From assembly GCA_030704615.1 (NCBI GenBank), contig CM060732.1, forward strand, positions 10,540,001 to 10,604,000: a stretch of 64,000 nucleotides of DNA. Reading direction: 5' to 3'. This DNA comes from Takakia lepidozioides (Eukaryota > Plantae > Bryophyta). The notes beneath the pieces are model-generated. The model saw only the letters and a list, made by a program, of their open reading frames with translations. It ran no database searches and had not been told where the DNA came from. Of the stretch, positions 12,755 to 24,624 are shown in pieces. Positions within the stretch are counted from its first letter, which is position 1. Each line of letters starts with the position of its first letter. A program made the translations under genes and the position numbers.

Positions 12755-12990
12755 ATGTGGGGCTGTGACGGGCTGTGCGAGGCTGTGACAGGCTGTGCCC
12801 AGTGGCCTGTGGGGCTGTGACGGGCTGTGACGGGCTGTGCGGGGCTGTGACAGGCTGTGTGGGGCTGTGACGGGCTGTGACGGGCTATGAGGGGCTGTGA
12901 CAGGCTGTGCCCAGTGGCCTGTGGGACTGTGACGGCTGTGACCAGTGAGCTGTGTGGGCCTGTGCTGGTCTGTGGTGGCCCGTGTTGACC
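12755..12990. repeat. Degenerate 9-10-bp tandem repeat (GGGCTGTGAC)n upstream of the hAT ORF
   Basis: Many copies of GGCTGTG directly visible. Confidence 0.9.
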
Positions 12991-13658
12991 TGTGGAGGCA
13001 CTGGTGGACTGCCTAAGGACTGGCATGTGGTCTGGAAGGCCGAATTTTGAAGCTCATGGAGGGCGGTTTGAGGAGTATCTTCATGATATTCCCATGGTCA
13101 TGCAAGTGAGGGAAGAGAGGAGAGGAAGAGTGTTGGGATGAGGGCATGCTGGGGTTAGGCATTGCTTTAGCTTCTCTTCCTCGTAGTTTCCACCCTCTCA
13201 TTAGGCCAAGACCTTTCCATAGGTGGAGGCAAGAGTCAGTCCGGGTTTGGGCTGGGGTGTCCTTGCAGGAGCAACACCGTGGAGTTGTTTTTGGTGTGGG
13301 GGAGTTGTCGTTCTGATTTCTTGTGTTTGGATCCCCTCCATACCTGCATGCTTGACTGTGCGCCATGCTAGTTTTGTTTGGGCGCTTGTTTTTATAGGTG
13401 ATTGGTCCGGATTTGATCACCGGCCAGTCCTAGAGCATGCTGTCGATGGTGAGGCTGGGGTGATGACCAGCTAGACCATCATTGTTTCTCCTGTGGTGAG
13501 GTTGGAGGTGATGACTAGCCAACCATAGGAGTGCTTGCGATGGATGCAGGTACAGGTGTAGGCTATGTTAGGAACTTAGTATTCCAAACCATAAGCCGCA
13601 ACAGGTTCTCTACCCGGTTACCTTGTGGAGAGGGGGTTAGGGACATGTTCATGACCGG

Positions 13659-14993
13659 TTGAGTGTCAACACGGAGGTGCCACTAGTTGCTGGGGACAGT
13701 GCCGGTTCGAGCACTAGCGATACTAGTGGGTACACGAGACGAGGTGTGCGGTTTAGGCCACCTTCACCTCCTGTGTCTTCTACGAAAGGTTCTGATTCGG
13801 ATTGTGAATCAGGAGGACTCATACCGGCGGTGCAAGTTGTTTCTTTGCCATTGTTGTGGGACACAATGGAGGAGATGTATGGAGCTACCAAGGGGCCACG
13901 AAGGTACTCTGGGGCGGTGGGCACCATCGAGTTGGATGATTTTATCCAAGAGTTTGATAGTTGGTGTGATTTGCAGCAAATGCGCAATCCACAACTATTT
14001 ACGCCTTTCATGGCATGGAAGGGGCTGTTTCAGCACCTTCAGGGGCCGCCTATAGATGATTACCATGAGTTCAGGCGGGGGCATGAGGTTGAGATCGAGG
14101 AGTGGAGGATGTACTGGTCACCCGACTATGTCTCCATCACTAGGGGCACTAGAGCCACGAGGGCAGTGGCTACACCTGCCGCTGCACCGGCAGCTTCAGC
14201 AAGCAGCAGTGGGACTGGTGGTACAGTAGCTACGACGTCCACCCAAGCCACTACCGCACCAGCACTAGCCCGTGCCTGCCTTCAACCCTGTTGTGGAGTT
14301 CTTCGAAGAGTTGAGAGGGAACTACCAAGGGGTGAGGATAGAGAAGTTGCGGAGCTTGCAAGAGTTCCAACGGAAGCCGACTGAGAGCTTGAGGGAGGCT
14401 TTCACTCGCATGAGGCACTTGATAAATGTAACCCAAGGGGTTACGGAAGCTCAGGCAGTCCAATTTTGGTATGGGATATTGGACAAGGAGTTGAGGAGAA
14501 GGGTGCGGGATGCAACTCTCCTACAAGCGGCCCAACCCACCTTAGCAAATGTGTTTTTGCTGGCAGAGCGGATAGAGCTCAACATGGTGGAGGAATGAGT
14601 GGTCATGGTGGGATTTGCTAAGGAGACACCACGGGGTAGTGGTGCTCCTAGCCAACCACTACCTCAACGTGCTCAAGGCAACAAGGGGCTCAGGTGAAGC
14701 TCAGGGAAGGGCAGAGAGGACCTCAGATGCAGGGGTCTCTCCCTTCATTTGCTGGCCAACAACGGGCGGATGTGGTGTGCTGGACATGTGGAGGACCCCA
14801 TGTCAAGAAGGATTGCCCAGAGGGAGGCAAAGGGCCGGCACATGCACAGCCTGCACAGTTGCAGTGTGGGCATTGTGGCAAGCACGGGCATGGAGAGGCC
14901 CAGTGTTATGGTTTGCATCCTGAGTTGCGCCCAGGCCAGTTCCGAGGGAACAATGGTGGCCGGGGGCGAGGTGGAGCAGCCCAGAGAGGATGA
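13659..14993 (+). pseudogene. Gag (interrupted) with two zinc knuckles
   Basis: Capsid-like PRRYSG..LDDFIQEFDSW and LQEFQRKPTESLREAFTRM; knuckles CWTCGGPHVKKDC and CGHCGKHGHGEAQC. Confidence 0.8.
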
Positions 14994-15789
14994 GGTGGCC
15001 AGCCACGAGGTGCAGGCCAAGGGCAAGCTCAACATGGCCAAGGACGCGGAGGTCAGGGTGTTGACCAAGGCATGGCCAACCGGCTCCAGCAGCTAGAGCA
15101 GAGGCTCACTGCCATGGCTACAGCTCAGGTGGTACCGGCTCTAAGGCCGGATGGTCCACCTCCTGCTCCTGAGGGAGGAGATATGGGAGGCATGGGATTC
15201 ATGTGTGGAGCAGCACTACCACTAGTGCGGGTGGAGTCTGCTGCAGCCGTGACTAGAGGAGCAGCACGAGTTCTTGAGCCACGAGGTGCAGAGGGGGAGT
15301 TGGATCCACAGTGTGGGGAGGCAAGCCGTCAGGCTAGGCTTCCTCAGTCGTTCACATTGGTGGAGACAGTGTTGACGCCATCCATGGCACCTAGTTCTCG
15401 CCCGATTGTTACCGAGGCGGAGGTTACTATGCCATTGGGAGAGCTACACGGGTAGCACCACTACCTAGTGTTGCCAAGGCTATGGCAGCTAGTGTGCTAC
15501 TAGGAGCGGCCACATCTGTGTGCCAGGCTCCATTGTTCTCGGCTACCATGATTACGACGCCGGGGGTAAGACCAGCTAAGGTGTTCAAGCTGGCAGCTAC
15601 ACTCTGTGAGAGTGGGGAGGTTACTTCATCTTCTGCGGAGATAGTGGGAGGTGTAGTGCCGGAGGGATCCTCGGATTTGAGGGTCAAGACTGCCACGGCG
15701 GCGCCATGGCAAGCTGCAGCTGCCAGGTTGATGGAGCTGCCAGCTAGGCCAGCCATTGAGTGCACCATGGTGACATCTGGAGTTGTCAT

Positions 15790-16180
15790 GTTAGACAACC
15801 AAGATGACATTTTCTGTTTGAGTGGACCAGCAGGCAAGAAGTACTGGCCACTGCGGGTCTTGTTGGACTCGGGAGCTCAGCCACTGATGCTGGGCAGAGC
15901 TGCTATTGCAGGCTTGGGCCTCACGGAGGCGGATATGGAGCCTTGTCCTTTCCAGATACAGACGTCTCTGGGAGGATCGGAGCAAGCTCGGGGCATGACA
16001 CGGCGTGAGTTGGCTGTCAGACTACGGCCGGATCACCCTACAGATGGCTCAGTGATGCGAACCAAGGCCATTGTGACAGACGTGGTCTCATACGATGTCC
16101 TGGTTGGTGGGGTAGTATTGTACCCCATGGGCTTCACCCTGGATTTTTGGGAGGAGTCAGCTTCCTATAGGCCTGCATGG
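15790..16180 (+). CDS. Retropepsin aspartic protease domain within ORF 15482..17167
   Basis: RVLLDSGA (DSG at 15866-15874) and YDVLVGG C-terminal motif. Confidence 0.85.
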
Positions 16181-16576
16181 CAGTCAGGGGAGGGCCGGCG
16201 TGTGCAGCTCCCTGTGACGTTCATAGGAGGAGTTGCGGTTGCCCAGCGAGGCAAGATGCCGACACTAGCAGCATTCACAGCGGCAGTGAGTTGGCCTAGA
16301 GAGTTGCTTGAGGGCAATGCTCATTCAGAGGATGTACCACCTCCGGGAGAGCAGGATGACATGTATGGTATGGCGGAGTTGCCTACCATGGTTGCTCAGA
16401 CTCCATTGTGGGGCACGAGCAAGGATTTGCAGCGGGATGCTGATCGACGGGTGCAACAAGCCTGGGTGGAGGCTTTTGTACCGTCAGGAGAGGAGGAGAG
16501 TGTGGGGATTGCACCAGGACCACCTCAATTGTCTCAATTGGACACCACACCTATTGTGTGGCAGTATCCGGATGAA

Positions 16577-17540
16577 GGCATTTGTCTTCTAGACTTGTTT
16601 GGCGGGATCAGCACCGGATTGGCTGCTGTGTTACAAGCAGGTATACGAGTTTGGCGTTACCTGTACGTGGAGAGGGATGAGACTGCACGACGCGTTTCAC
16701 TTTGCCATGTTGCTCAGTTGGTGCAGCGGTACCCTGAGTTGTTGTCGGTGTCTGCAATTCGTGGATATCAGCAGGCCTTGCCAGCAGACATTTCGTTGCT
16801 GGGGGCGCAGGATTTGGAGCGGGTTGGCTCCATTGATCTGGTAGTGGCAGGTTGGCCCTGCCAAGGGCATTCATCAGCCGGGCATGGCAATGGATTGCGA
16901 GACTCGAGGTCGGGTCTGTTTTGGGAGATGGTGCGGGTTTTGCGCCACTTGCAGCTTCATCAAGCTGTATCTCCAGCATACATCTTGGAGAATGTGCCAT
17001 TAATGGGCGATTCTCGGGCTAGGGTGATGGCCAGTGTGCATCAAGTCCGGTCGTGGCTTGGGTCAGCAGTGTTGCTAGATGCAGCTACAGTGGGGTCACG
17101 GGCTCATCGTCCACGGCTATGGTGGACTAACTTGATGCCACCCGCACTGCTCAAGCGTGCATTTTGATGGGGTGCAGCGGCCAGCACATCTCACAGTGGA
17201 TAACATTCTGGACACAGGGAGGCACTCTCAGCGTGTGAGACACGATGACCGTTCGCCTTTGGCAGTGGTCAACAAGGTGGGTCAACCACGAGCAGCATTA
17301 CCTACACTGCTCAGCTTCCCAGGATCGCATGCTTTCCGGGATAGTGGACCTGGCCTCCTGTGGGATGCTCAGTTGCAGCAGTTAGTGGAGCCTAATGCTG
17401 ATGAGCGTGAGCAGGCAATGGGTTTTACCACTGGTACCACGGCGGTGTCGTCTCTTTCTGAGGCATCACGTCGTCAAGTGTTGGGGCAAGCAATGGATCT
17501 CAATTGCTTGACCTGGATTATCAGCTTGGCTCTGGCTGAG
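16577..17540 (+). CDS. C5-cytosine DNA methyltransferase domain (DNMT3-like) embedded in pol; +1 frameshift at ~17161
   Basis: Motif I LDLFGGIS, II VERD, III ADI, IV AGWPCQGHS (catalytic Cys 16859-16861), V DSRSGLF, VI ENV (16988-16996), VIII AHRPRLWWTNL, IX EREQAMGF, X RRQVLGQAM. Confidence 0.92.
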
Positions 17541-17939
17541 CAACACAGAGTGCGGAGTACACTTCCCTCAATGGTCTCTCTGCCTACCGAGACGATACAG
17601 GCAGTGAGTGGGGGCGAGCATGTGAGGACCACGGGGTGCATGCATCCATGGCACACGTGGGAGGTGCTCGAGGTTCAGAGGGAGTTGGCAGCCAAGGCGG
17701 CTGTGATGGATGAGGTTGGGGATTCTTCTCGGGTTGAGGAGGTCCTCAAGGATGAGATGATGGGGCAGGATGAGGCCTTGTCATTGACTGAGCAGGCAGG
17801 GATACTGCTCAAGAGGTTGCAACATAGCAACCACTGGACGCGTCCTCTACCTCTAAGCCCACTGGACTTAAGGTTGTAGTTACGGAGGACAATTGGGAGC
17901 CTGACATTGGACCCATTGTCACCGGAGGAGAGAGACGAC

Positions 17940-20750
17940 GTATACGGCGGTTCCTGAGGGCTTACAGGAATTGCTTTGCCTTCAGTTTGAAGGACTTGGG
18001 AGCACTGAAGGGTCAAGAGATCCGTATTGAGTTGGCCACTGACACGCCAATCTTTCGGAGACCCTATAGATATAGTGACATGGAGAGGTCTTTGATTCAG
18101 ATGAGGACTCAAGATCTCTGGGAGGCAGGTTTGGTGGAGCTCTCTGGTGGAGAGTATGCTTCAGCCACAGTGATGCCAGCCAAGAAGGATGTCTATGGCA
18201 ATTGGACGGAGAGACGTATGTGCGGTGATTACCGGCCTGTAAATCGTCAGACCAAGTCCGATAAGTATGCCATGCCAACACCAAGGAGATCTTTGATGCC
18301 ATCGGGCATGCTAAGGCCTTTAGCACTTTGGATTTACGATCCGGATATCACCAGTTGCCAATCAAGGAGGCGGACAAGCAGAAGACGGCATTCTGGGGGA
18401 TCAATGAGATTGCGGCAATATCAGATTGTTCTATATCAGTGGCGGTTAAGAATTACCAGAGTTTGGGCAGAGAGTCATGCTCCTAGTTTCAATAGTCATG
18501 GATAGGATCTAGCAGGGGTGGACTTTGCTCGTGCTACATAGATGACATCATCTCTTTAGTGTTACGATGGAGGAGCATGAGAGACACCTTCAGGTGGTAT
18601 TGGAGCGCTTGAGAGCGCACAGATTGAAGTTGCATCTAGGGAAGTGCAAGTTTTTCCACAACCAGATTGAGTATGGGTCACATGATATATCCTAGAGGAT
18701 TGGGGGTACAGCAGACTAAGGTAGAGGCCATTGCACAAATTCCACGCCCCACGGATGTGAGCCGAGTTCGAGCTTTCATGGGGTTGGCAAACTATTATAG
18801 ACGGTTTGTCAAGGGATTTAGTACCATTGCAAAGGCTCTAACCAAGCTGACCAAGGTGGACCAGGAGTGGCAGTGGGAAGATGAGTAGGAACGAGCTTTT
18901 CAAGAGCTCAAGGCGAGGTTGACCTCGGCACCTATCCTGAGACGACCTATCAGGGGGCGTCCCTTTCAGCTGCATACGGATTGGAGCATGCTGGGGCTTG
19001 GAGCGGTGCTCACACAGGTGGATGATGAGGGAAAGAAGTTTGTAGTGGCTTATGCTAGCCGCTCAAACAACGCTGCAGAGGCTAAGTACAGCTCATATGA
19101 GGGAGAGTGCTTAGCTGCAGTGTGGGCCCTGGCACACTTCAGGTGCTATCTATACGGCAATCTTTTCACCCTTGTCACGGATCACCAGCCACTCAAGTGG
19201 TTGATGGAGTCAGACAAGCTTACGGGGAAGCTTGCACGGTGGGCACTTATACTCCAGGAGTATGACTTTCAGGTTGTGCATCGACCGGGTTTGGTCAATC
19301 GGGATGCGGATGGATTGAGTCGCAATCCATGCATGAGCCAGCAGGATGACACTGGAGCTCGGTGGCATGGTGAGACGGACGAGGAGATGGTGCCGGGATG
19401 GCACGCATCTGCATTTTTGTGTATCTTGGCATCGGGAGGTCAGATTGGACCTACAACAGGGATGACTGTAGACGGAGTGTCTGAGGACCCTGAGGTTAGT
19501 GATGAGCTAGGTGGTGCCAGAGATATACATGAGGATTCGGCTGTGTTGGACTACCTCCGCACGGGAGACACGGCAGCCATTGTGACTGCCAGGGAGAGGG
19601 ATCGGATCCTGCAACGAGCCAAGAGGTTCAAGTGGGAGGGGATACACCTACTTCGAGTGTGGGAGGATGGTCGGGTGAGGATTGTGCCTCACCCCACACA
19701 GCGTGCACGGTTAGTGCGGCATGCCCATGAGGAATTGGGGCATTTTGGAGTGCGACGCACTCACAGTTTACTGCAGGGGCAGTATTGGTGGCGTGGTATG
19801 CATACAGAGGTTTTAACAGTTCGTGGCTAGGTGCATGGTGTGTGACAGGGTGCGTGCTTCATTCAACGCCCCTACACCACAGTTGCATCCTTTACCAATC
19901 ATGGGATTGGGCTACAGGTGGAGTCTTGACTTCGCAGGACCGTTGCCACTGACTATGCGCCACCACAGATATGGTTTGGTGATGGTGGAGCACTTCTCCA
20001 AGTGGATTGAGTTGGTTCCATTGCCTGACAAGGCTAGTGAGGGGGCTGTGGATGCATTCTTGGATCGTGTGCTTAGCCGATTTGGTGCTCCAGCTGAGGT
20101 ACTCACGGACCAAGGGAGAGAGTTCTTGGGGGAGTTTCAGGCTTTGTGTGATAAAGCCTTGATAGACCACCGCACCACTTCTTGGGATCATCCTGAGGCC
20201 GATGGCTTGGCAGAGAGAGTTGTTCAGACGGTGAAGAGGGGTTTGCGTAAATATGGCTTGCAGAAGGGACACCTAGGAGATTGGGATCTTCAGGTTCCTT
20301 GGTTTAGCCATGGGCTACAGGTTCAGCAAACAAGCATCACTTGCCTCCTTCTCACCATATTTCCTTCTCTTTGGCCGAGAGCCGGATTTGCTTGCAGCCA
20401 TTCGTAGGGACACTGCTCAAGTCCTTAACCTTGACGATCCGGACGTGTGGGTACGTACATGTGATCAGCGTGCAGAGTTGTTCAAGAAAGTCATGCCCAT
20501 GGCTTTTGAGAACCTTGCCATTGCACAGCACCGTGATACGTTGAGGTATGCCACTATACGTGGTGGAGGATATAGTCCTGGGGTTCGGAGGTTTAGCCCT
20601 GGTGACTATGTTTATTTGCAGCAGACTGCTCCTACGACTCTGGATGTTACTGCAGGGCATGTTATTCTGAGGGTTTCGAGAGGTGTTGCCCTCAGGGGTC
20701 CTGATCTTGGAGGGTCGGGATGGCATGACTTGGAAGGACCATGTGCGTAA
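17940..20750 (+). pseudogene. RT, RNase H and integrase of the DNMT-bearing Gypsy (frameshifted)
   Basis: RMCGDYRPVN; YIDD near 18535; RAFMGLANYYRRFV; LHTDWS..LGAVL; TDHQPLKWL; HEELGHFG..CMVC; SLDFAGP, LTDQGREF, DGLAER. Confidence 0.92.
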
Positions 20751-20825
20751 TTGTGCGCCATGTCACCTTCCAATGTCGATGGCAGAGTTGACCCAAACTT
20801 GGCAGTGGTACCTGCAGGTTTGAGG

Positions 20826-20961
20826 TGCATGCTCTGTGGGTCTGCCAAAGGGGCAGCCACCATGCTGGTGTGTGATCGATGCTCAAGGGGTTGGCATATG
20901 GGATGCTTGACACCACCTCTTGAGAAGGTTCCTGACGGAGATTGGTTTGTGTCCACACTGC
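20826..20961 (+). CDS. PHD finger (C4HC3) at the integrase C-terminus
   Basis: CMLC..MLVCDRCSRGWHMGCLTPPLEKVPDGDW, then CPHC after a 1-nt frameshift. Confidence 0.9.
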
Positions 20962-21229
20962 TTGGGATAGTGGCAGTGGACATGACTGGAGGCAGCTAAC
21001 AAGACATGGGAGGCCAAGCTCATAGGAGTCAATACATGAGATCCCAAGCTCAAGTTCACAGGTTGCAAGACGGCGACTAATGATGGGGCAACTCTTGCAC
21101 CCGGCCTCTTGATCTATCGAGTTTGAGTGTAGTAGGGATAATGGTGGAGGACTTAGTGAGGCTATGGTCACTATCACATCTTGTGGCTACCTGGACTTAG
21201 AGGGACCTAAGCACCAGCTAGGGGGCGAT

Positions 21230-21410
21230 TGTGTGGACTAGTGACTGCCATAGTGGCAGCATAGTGGCAGCCTAGTGACTGACTAGTTGTAGCCTAGTGT
21301 TGGACTAGTGGCTGGACTAGTGGTGGACTAGTGGTATACTAGTGTGTGGTGTGCACATGTGTTGGTGGTTTGGACAGCGATGTAGTTGTAGCGATATGTA
21401 TGCGCACGAC
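21230..21410 (+). repeat. LTR or LTR-terminal repeat, copy 1
   Basis: Starts TGTGTGG directly after the PPT, ends CACGACA; rich in ACTAGT; repeated at 21730-21918. Confidence 0.8.
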
Positions 21411-21729
21411 AGCTGTCAAGTTATTTTACCACTAGTGTGAAACTAGCTAGGAAATAGCTAGCTTTTACATATTGACATTTGGGATTGGCCGAAGTGTCAA
21501 TCCAGGGGTCAAGGCAGATTTAGGCCCTGGAGTGGTTATCTTCACGGCAAGCGCGGGAGGCTCATCTTTCTCGAGTTGAGCCTCACCGCGCCTAGCTATG
21601 GCGCCGTGGTGTGGATTCCCCATGGCGTGGGGTGCACTTGGCTTGACTTGTATTTGAGTGATGAGGTTATATGCATGAGTTTATGCTTCAGATTTGTGAG
21701 CTCGTGCTTGTATTCTTCTTCTTTATCAT

Positions 21730-21918
21730 TGTGTGGACTAGTGACTGCCATAGTGGGCAGCATAGTGGCAGCCTAGTGACTGACTAGTTGTAGCCTAGTG
21801 GTTGGACTAGTGGCTGGACCAGTGGTGGACTAGTGGTATACTAGTGTGTGGTGTGCACATGTGTTGTGTGGTTTTGGACAGCGATGTAGTTGTGTAGCGA
21901 TATGTATGCGCACGACAT
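21730..21918 (+). repeat. LTR or LTR-terminal repeat, copy 2
   Basis: Near-identical direct repeat of 21230-21410 with small indels. Confidence 0.8.
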
Positions 21919-22559
21919 GTTGTAGGTCTCTGATTAGAGGTAGTGATGAAGGAGATGAGGGCAGAAGGCAATGGCAACCTGGTAAATCGGGCTGCAACTA
22001 GTAGGAGATAAGGAATGAAAGAGAAGAGCTCCATAATGAGATGGAGTGCGGGGCAATTAAGTTGCAATAATCCAATGAAACTTCCCCTTGGGAAGAAGTC
22101 AATAGGGCTCTTACCCAAGTAGGTTATTAAACACCCTTTCTTGGAATTCCAAGGGTAGATCTTGGGATGCAGGGCAACTCAATTGCACTAAAGATGTGAC
22201 TTGTTCTCCAGTGTGATTTTCGGGTAGATATGGAATCCACAAGGACAGACCTTGGGATGCAGGGCACAAAGAGTGCAGTAATCTCACCCCATTGTAGAAT
22301 TAGGATTTGTTTAATATGACAAAAGCTATGAAAGCTATGACCATCCAATTGCCAAGTAGAAGACTTCATACATCTTCGTTACTAATCACGTGTTGTGAGT
22401 GTCTTTTCTTTCTTCACCAAGTGAAGAACCACATGTGCAGGAATGGGAACAATGGGTTGGCTAATATATGCACTCTTGTTCAATGCATGTTGTCGATCAT
22501 CATTTGTTCTTTTTATCACAGAATGTGTTTGTTCAAGTGCATATCTCGAGGGAAGGGGT

Positions 22560-24620
22560 AAATGCTTGTTGTATCAAGCATTCTGTAGTATACTGATGCT
22601 CCCTGTATGGGTCCCTGCGAACTTCCCGCACGGGGATTCTAACCTTAAACTTTTTCTCACATCACCTTATCCCGCTGCCACATTTCTCGTAGAGAGGGAA
22701 AAGTCAGAAGCAGTGAGGGGGTATGATAACGGCTAAGTATGACACAGCTACGAGGGCCAGACAGCGAGAGTCACGATGGGACATACTGGGTAGTGATTGG
22801 TTTACACTACCTGGTCACGGCAGAAAAGGCTAAGTGCGCGGCACTTAGCAAACGGCGAAACAAGGGTACACTACCAAGGGAGCAGTAGTGGGTAGTGTAG
22901 CAGCATATGGTCCGTGAACCACGATATCACACGGCCACGGTAGCATAGGCCTTACTAATAGATGAAGTAGTGAAGGACCGTGGACCGTGGACCGTGTACC
23001 ACTATGGCACACGACCAAAAGTCACGACCACTACCACGAGCCATTTTTTGGCAAACCCTTTAGGTTGCGTAGGCAGTTTGGCAACGGTCATTAATGACTG
23101 CCGGCTGTAACGGCTCTTTCGAGCATAGTATAAAATGGTTGCATACAACTTAGAAGGTATCAGTGATCATTGTGTATCCAGTGGACTCAGAGTAATTCGA
23201 TGTATGCTTATGCTATGATGTGATGAACTCTGAAGTAAAGCCATGCTACTCCAAGTATACTCTATGTAGATTGAACGTGCGAAAATGGAGGAGAATGTGT
23301 ATATGAGAGAACATGAGATGGTGAGAATGTGTATCATCTTAGAATAGATCTTGTTGTCTTGAATACTGTATGATTGTATGAATAAAGAGGCTCCAGCCTT
23401 TCCGACCTAATACCTTTTAGCTGATGAGACTGCGGGTTGGACTGAATTAATAGGATGCATACCTTTGGCAAGAGTTGCATTCCCAGCACGTGCATGTGCG
23501 CGTCCTTGAACATGGAGGGCCAGTAGTAACCTGCCCTTAATGCTTTCTGTACTGTGAATAACCAATGAATCAATGGATAGGAAATCCCAACATTCCCTTC
23601 CGACAAACCAGGACGAAATCATAAAGATCTCTCCCTTAATGGGGGGGGGGGGGGGGTAGACTCTGTTTGGTTAAGGGAACTCACACTGTATAGTGCTTGC
23701 ACCAGACACCGTTGACCAATTGGGGGAACTCCACTCCCCGTAATGTCTCCAATTGTAGGGAACCATTGTCAAAGACCGTTTTGACCAGATATGGGCCCAT
23801 CCAGTATGAGTCCAACTTGGCCTTGAAAAACTCTTCCACCTGTCGAAACAAGACCAGATCTCTTGGATCAAAAATCCTCTTTTTTGCCTTCAGTTGAAGC
23901 GAGCTTTCCGCCGCCTTTGGATTGCTTCTATGTGTTGTGCTGCCACTTGCCGAAGTTCATCTAAGCCTTCCAACATCTCTAGTCGATCTTTTAATGATTT
24001 TGATGTTGCCAGTCTCTCGGTGAAGGCTAGTCCAAGGACGGAATTTTCGTCTCAATTGGCTGATAGACCTCCACCCCATAGACCAATGAAAATGGGGTAT
24101 GTCGAGTAGTTACCTTATGAGTCATGCAAAACGCCCCAAATGCTAAAATCAACTCGGTGTCCCAGTCCCGCTTGTGCTCCCGAATTGTTTTGGAAAAAAT
24201 ATTGCACATGGTTTGGTTGGCACGCTCCACCTGCCCACTCGTCTGGGGGTGGTAAGGGCTAGCCTTGTGGTGCTTGATGGAAAATGCTGCCATCATTTCT
24301 TCAATGACGTTGTTGATGAAGTGCGATCCTCTGTCGCTCACTATCTGGGGCAACCGAACCTAGAAATGTGTTATTCATAAATGAAAGAGGGCTGTGACCT
24401 GTGCATTGGCCCTCTTAACCACCGCCTTGCTTCTGCCCACTTGGTCAGGTATTCAGTGGCTACGATGATGTAGTGATTTTGGCGGCTTGATGCGGGGTGC
24501 ACTTCCCCTACATAGTCGATCCCCCACTTCTCAAATGGAGCAAGTGGGAGTTGGGGAACTAACGGCATTCCAAGCCGGTTTGCCGAGATGCAAATTGGGC
24601 GGATATTAGAGCCGCATTCC
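22560..24620 (-). mobile_element. Degenerate Gypsy 3' half: integrase, PPT and probable 3' LTR (left boundary uncertain)
   Basis: PFEKWGIDYVG, TEYLTKWAEA, IVSDRGSHF, YHPQTSGQVER; on the minus strand GGAAGGGAA is followed by TGTTGGG starting at 23592. Confidence 0.75.
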
Positions 24621-24624
24621 AAGA

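Larger units (their letters stand above)
9857..13010 (-). mobile_element. hAT-superfamily DNA transposon; only one terminus found
   Basis: Putative TIR CAGTGTTGGGCGGTTC at 9857 followed by dense GGTTCC/CCGGTT subterminal repeats to ~10070; transposase ORF inside; partner TIR not found. Confidence 0.75.
13014..21918 (+). mobile_element. Ty3/Gypsy LTR retrotransposon: Gag-PR-DNMT-RT-RNaseH-INT-PHD; 5' LTR not found
   Basis: Collinear domains in ORFs from 13659 to 20999; PPT-like AGGGGGCGAT before a TG..CA repeat at 21230; several stops and frameshifts; left boundary approximate. Confidence 0.88.

Noticed and set aside
16577-17540. Host DRM/CMT/MET1 gene or bacterial contamination
   Set aside because: No UBA, BAH or chromo domains, motif order not permuted, no introns, and in frame with the retroviral protease.
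23641-23657. Poly-G run as a functional G-quadruplex or PPT
   Set aside because: It is poly-C on the element strand, and homopolymer length is unreliable.
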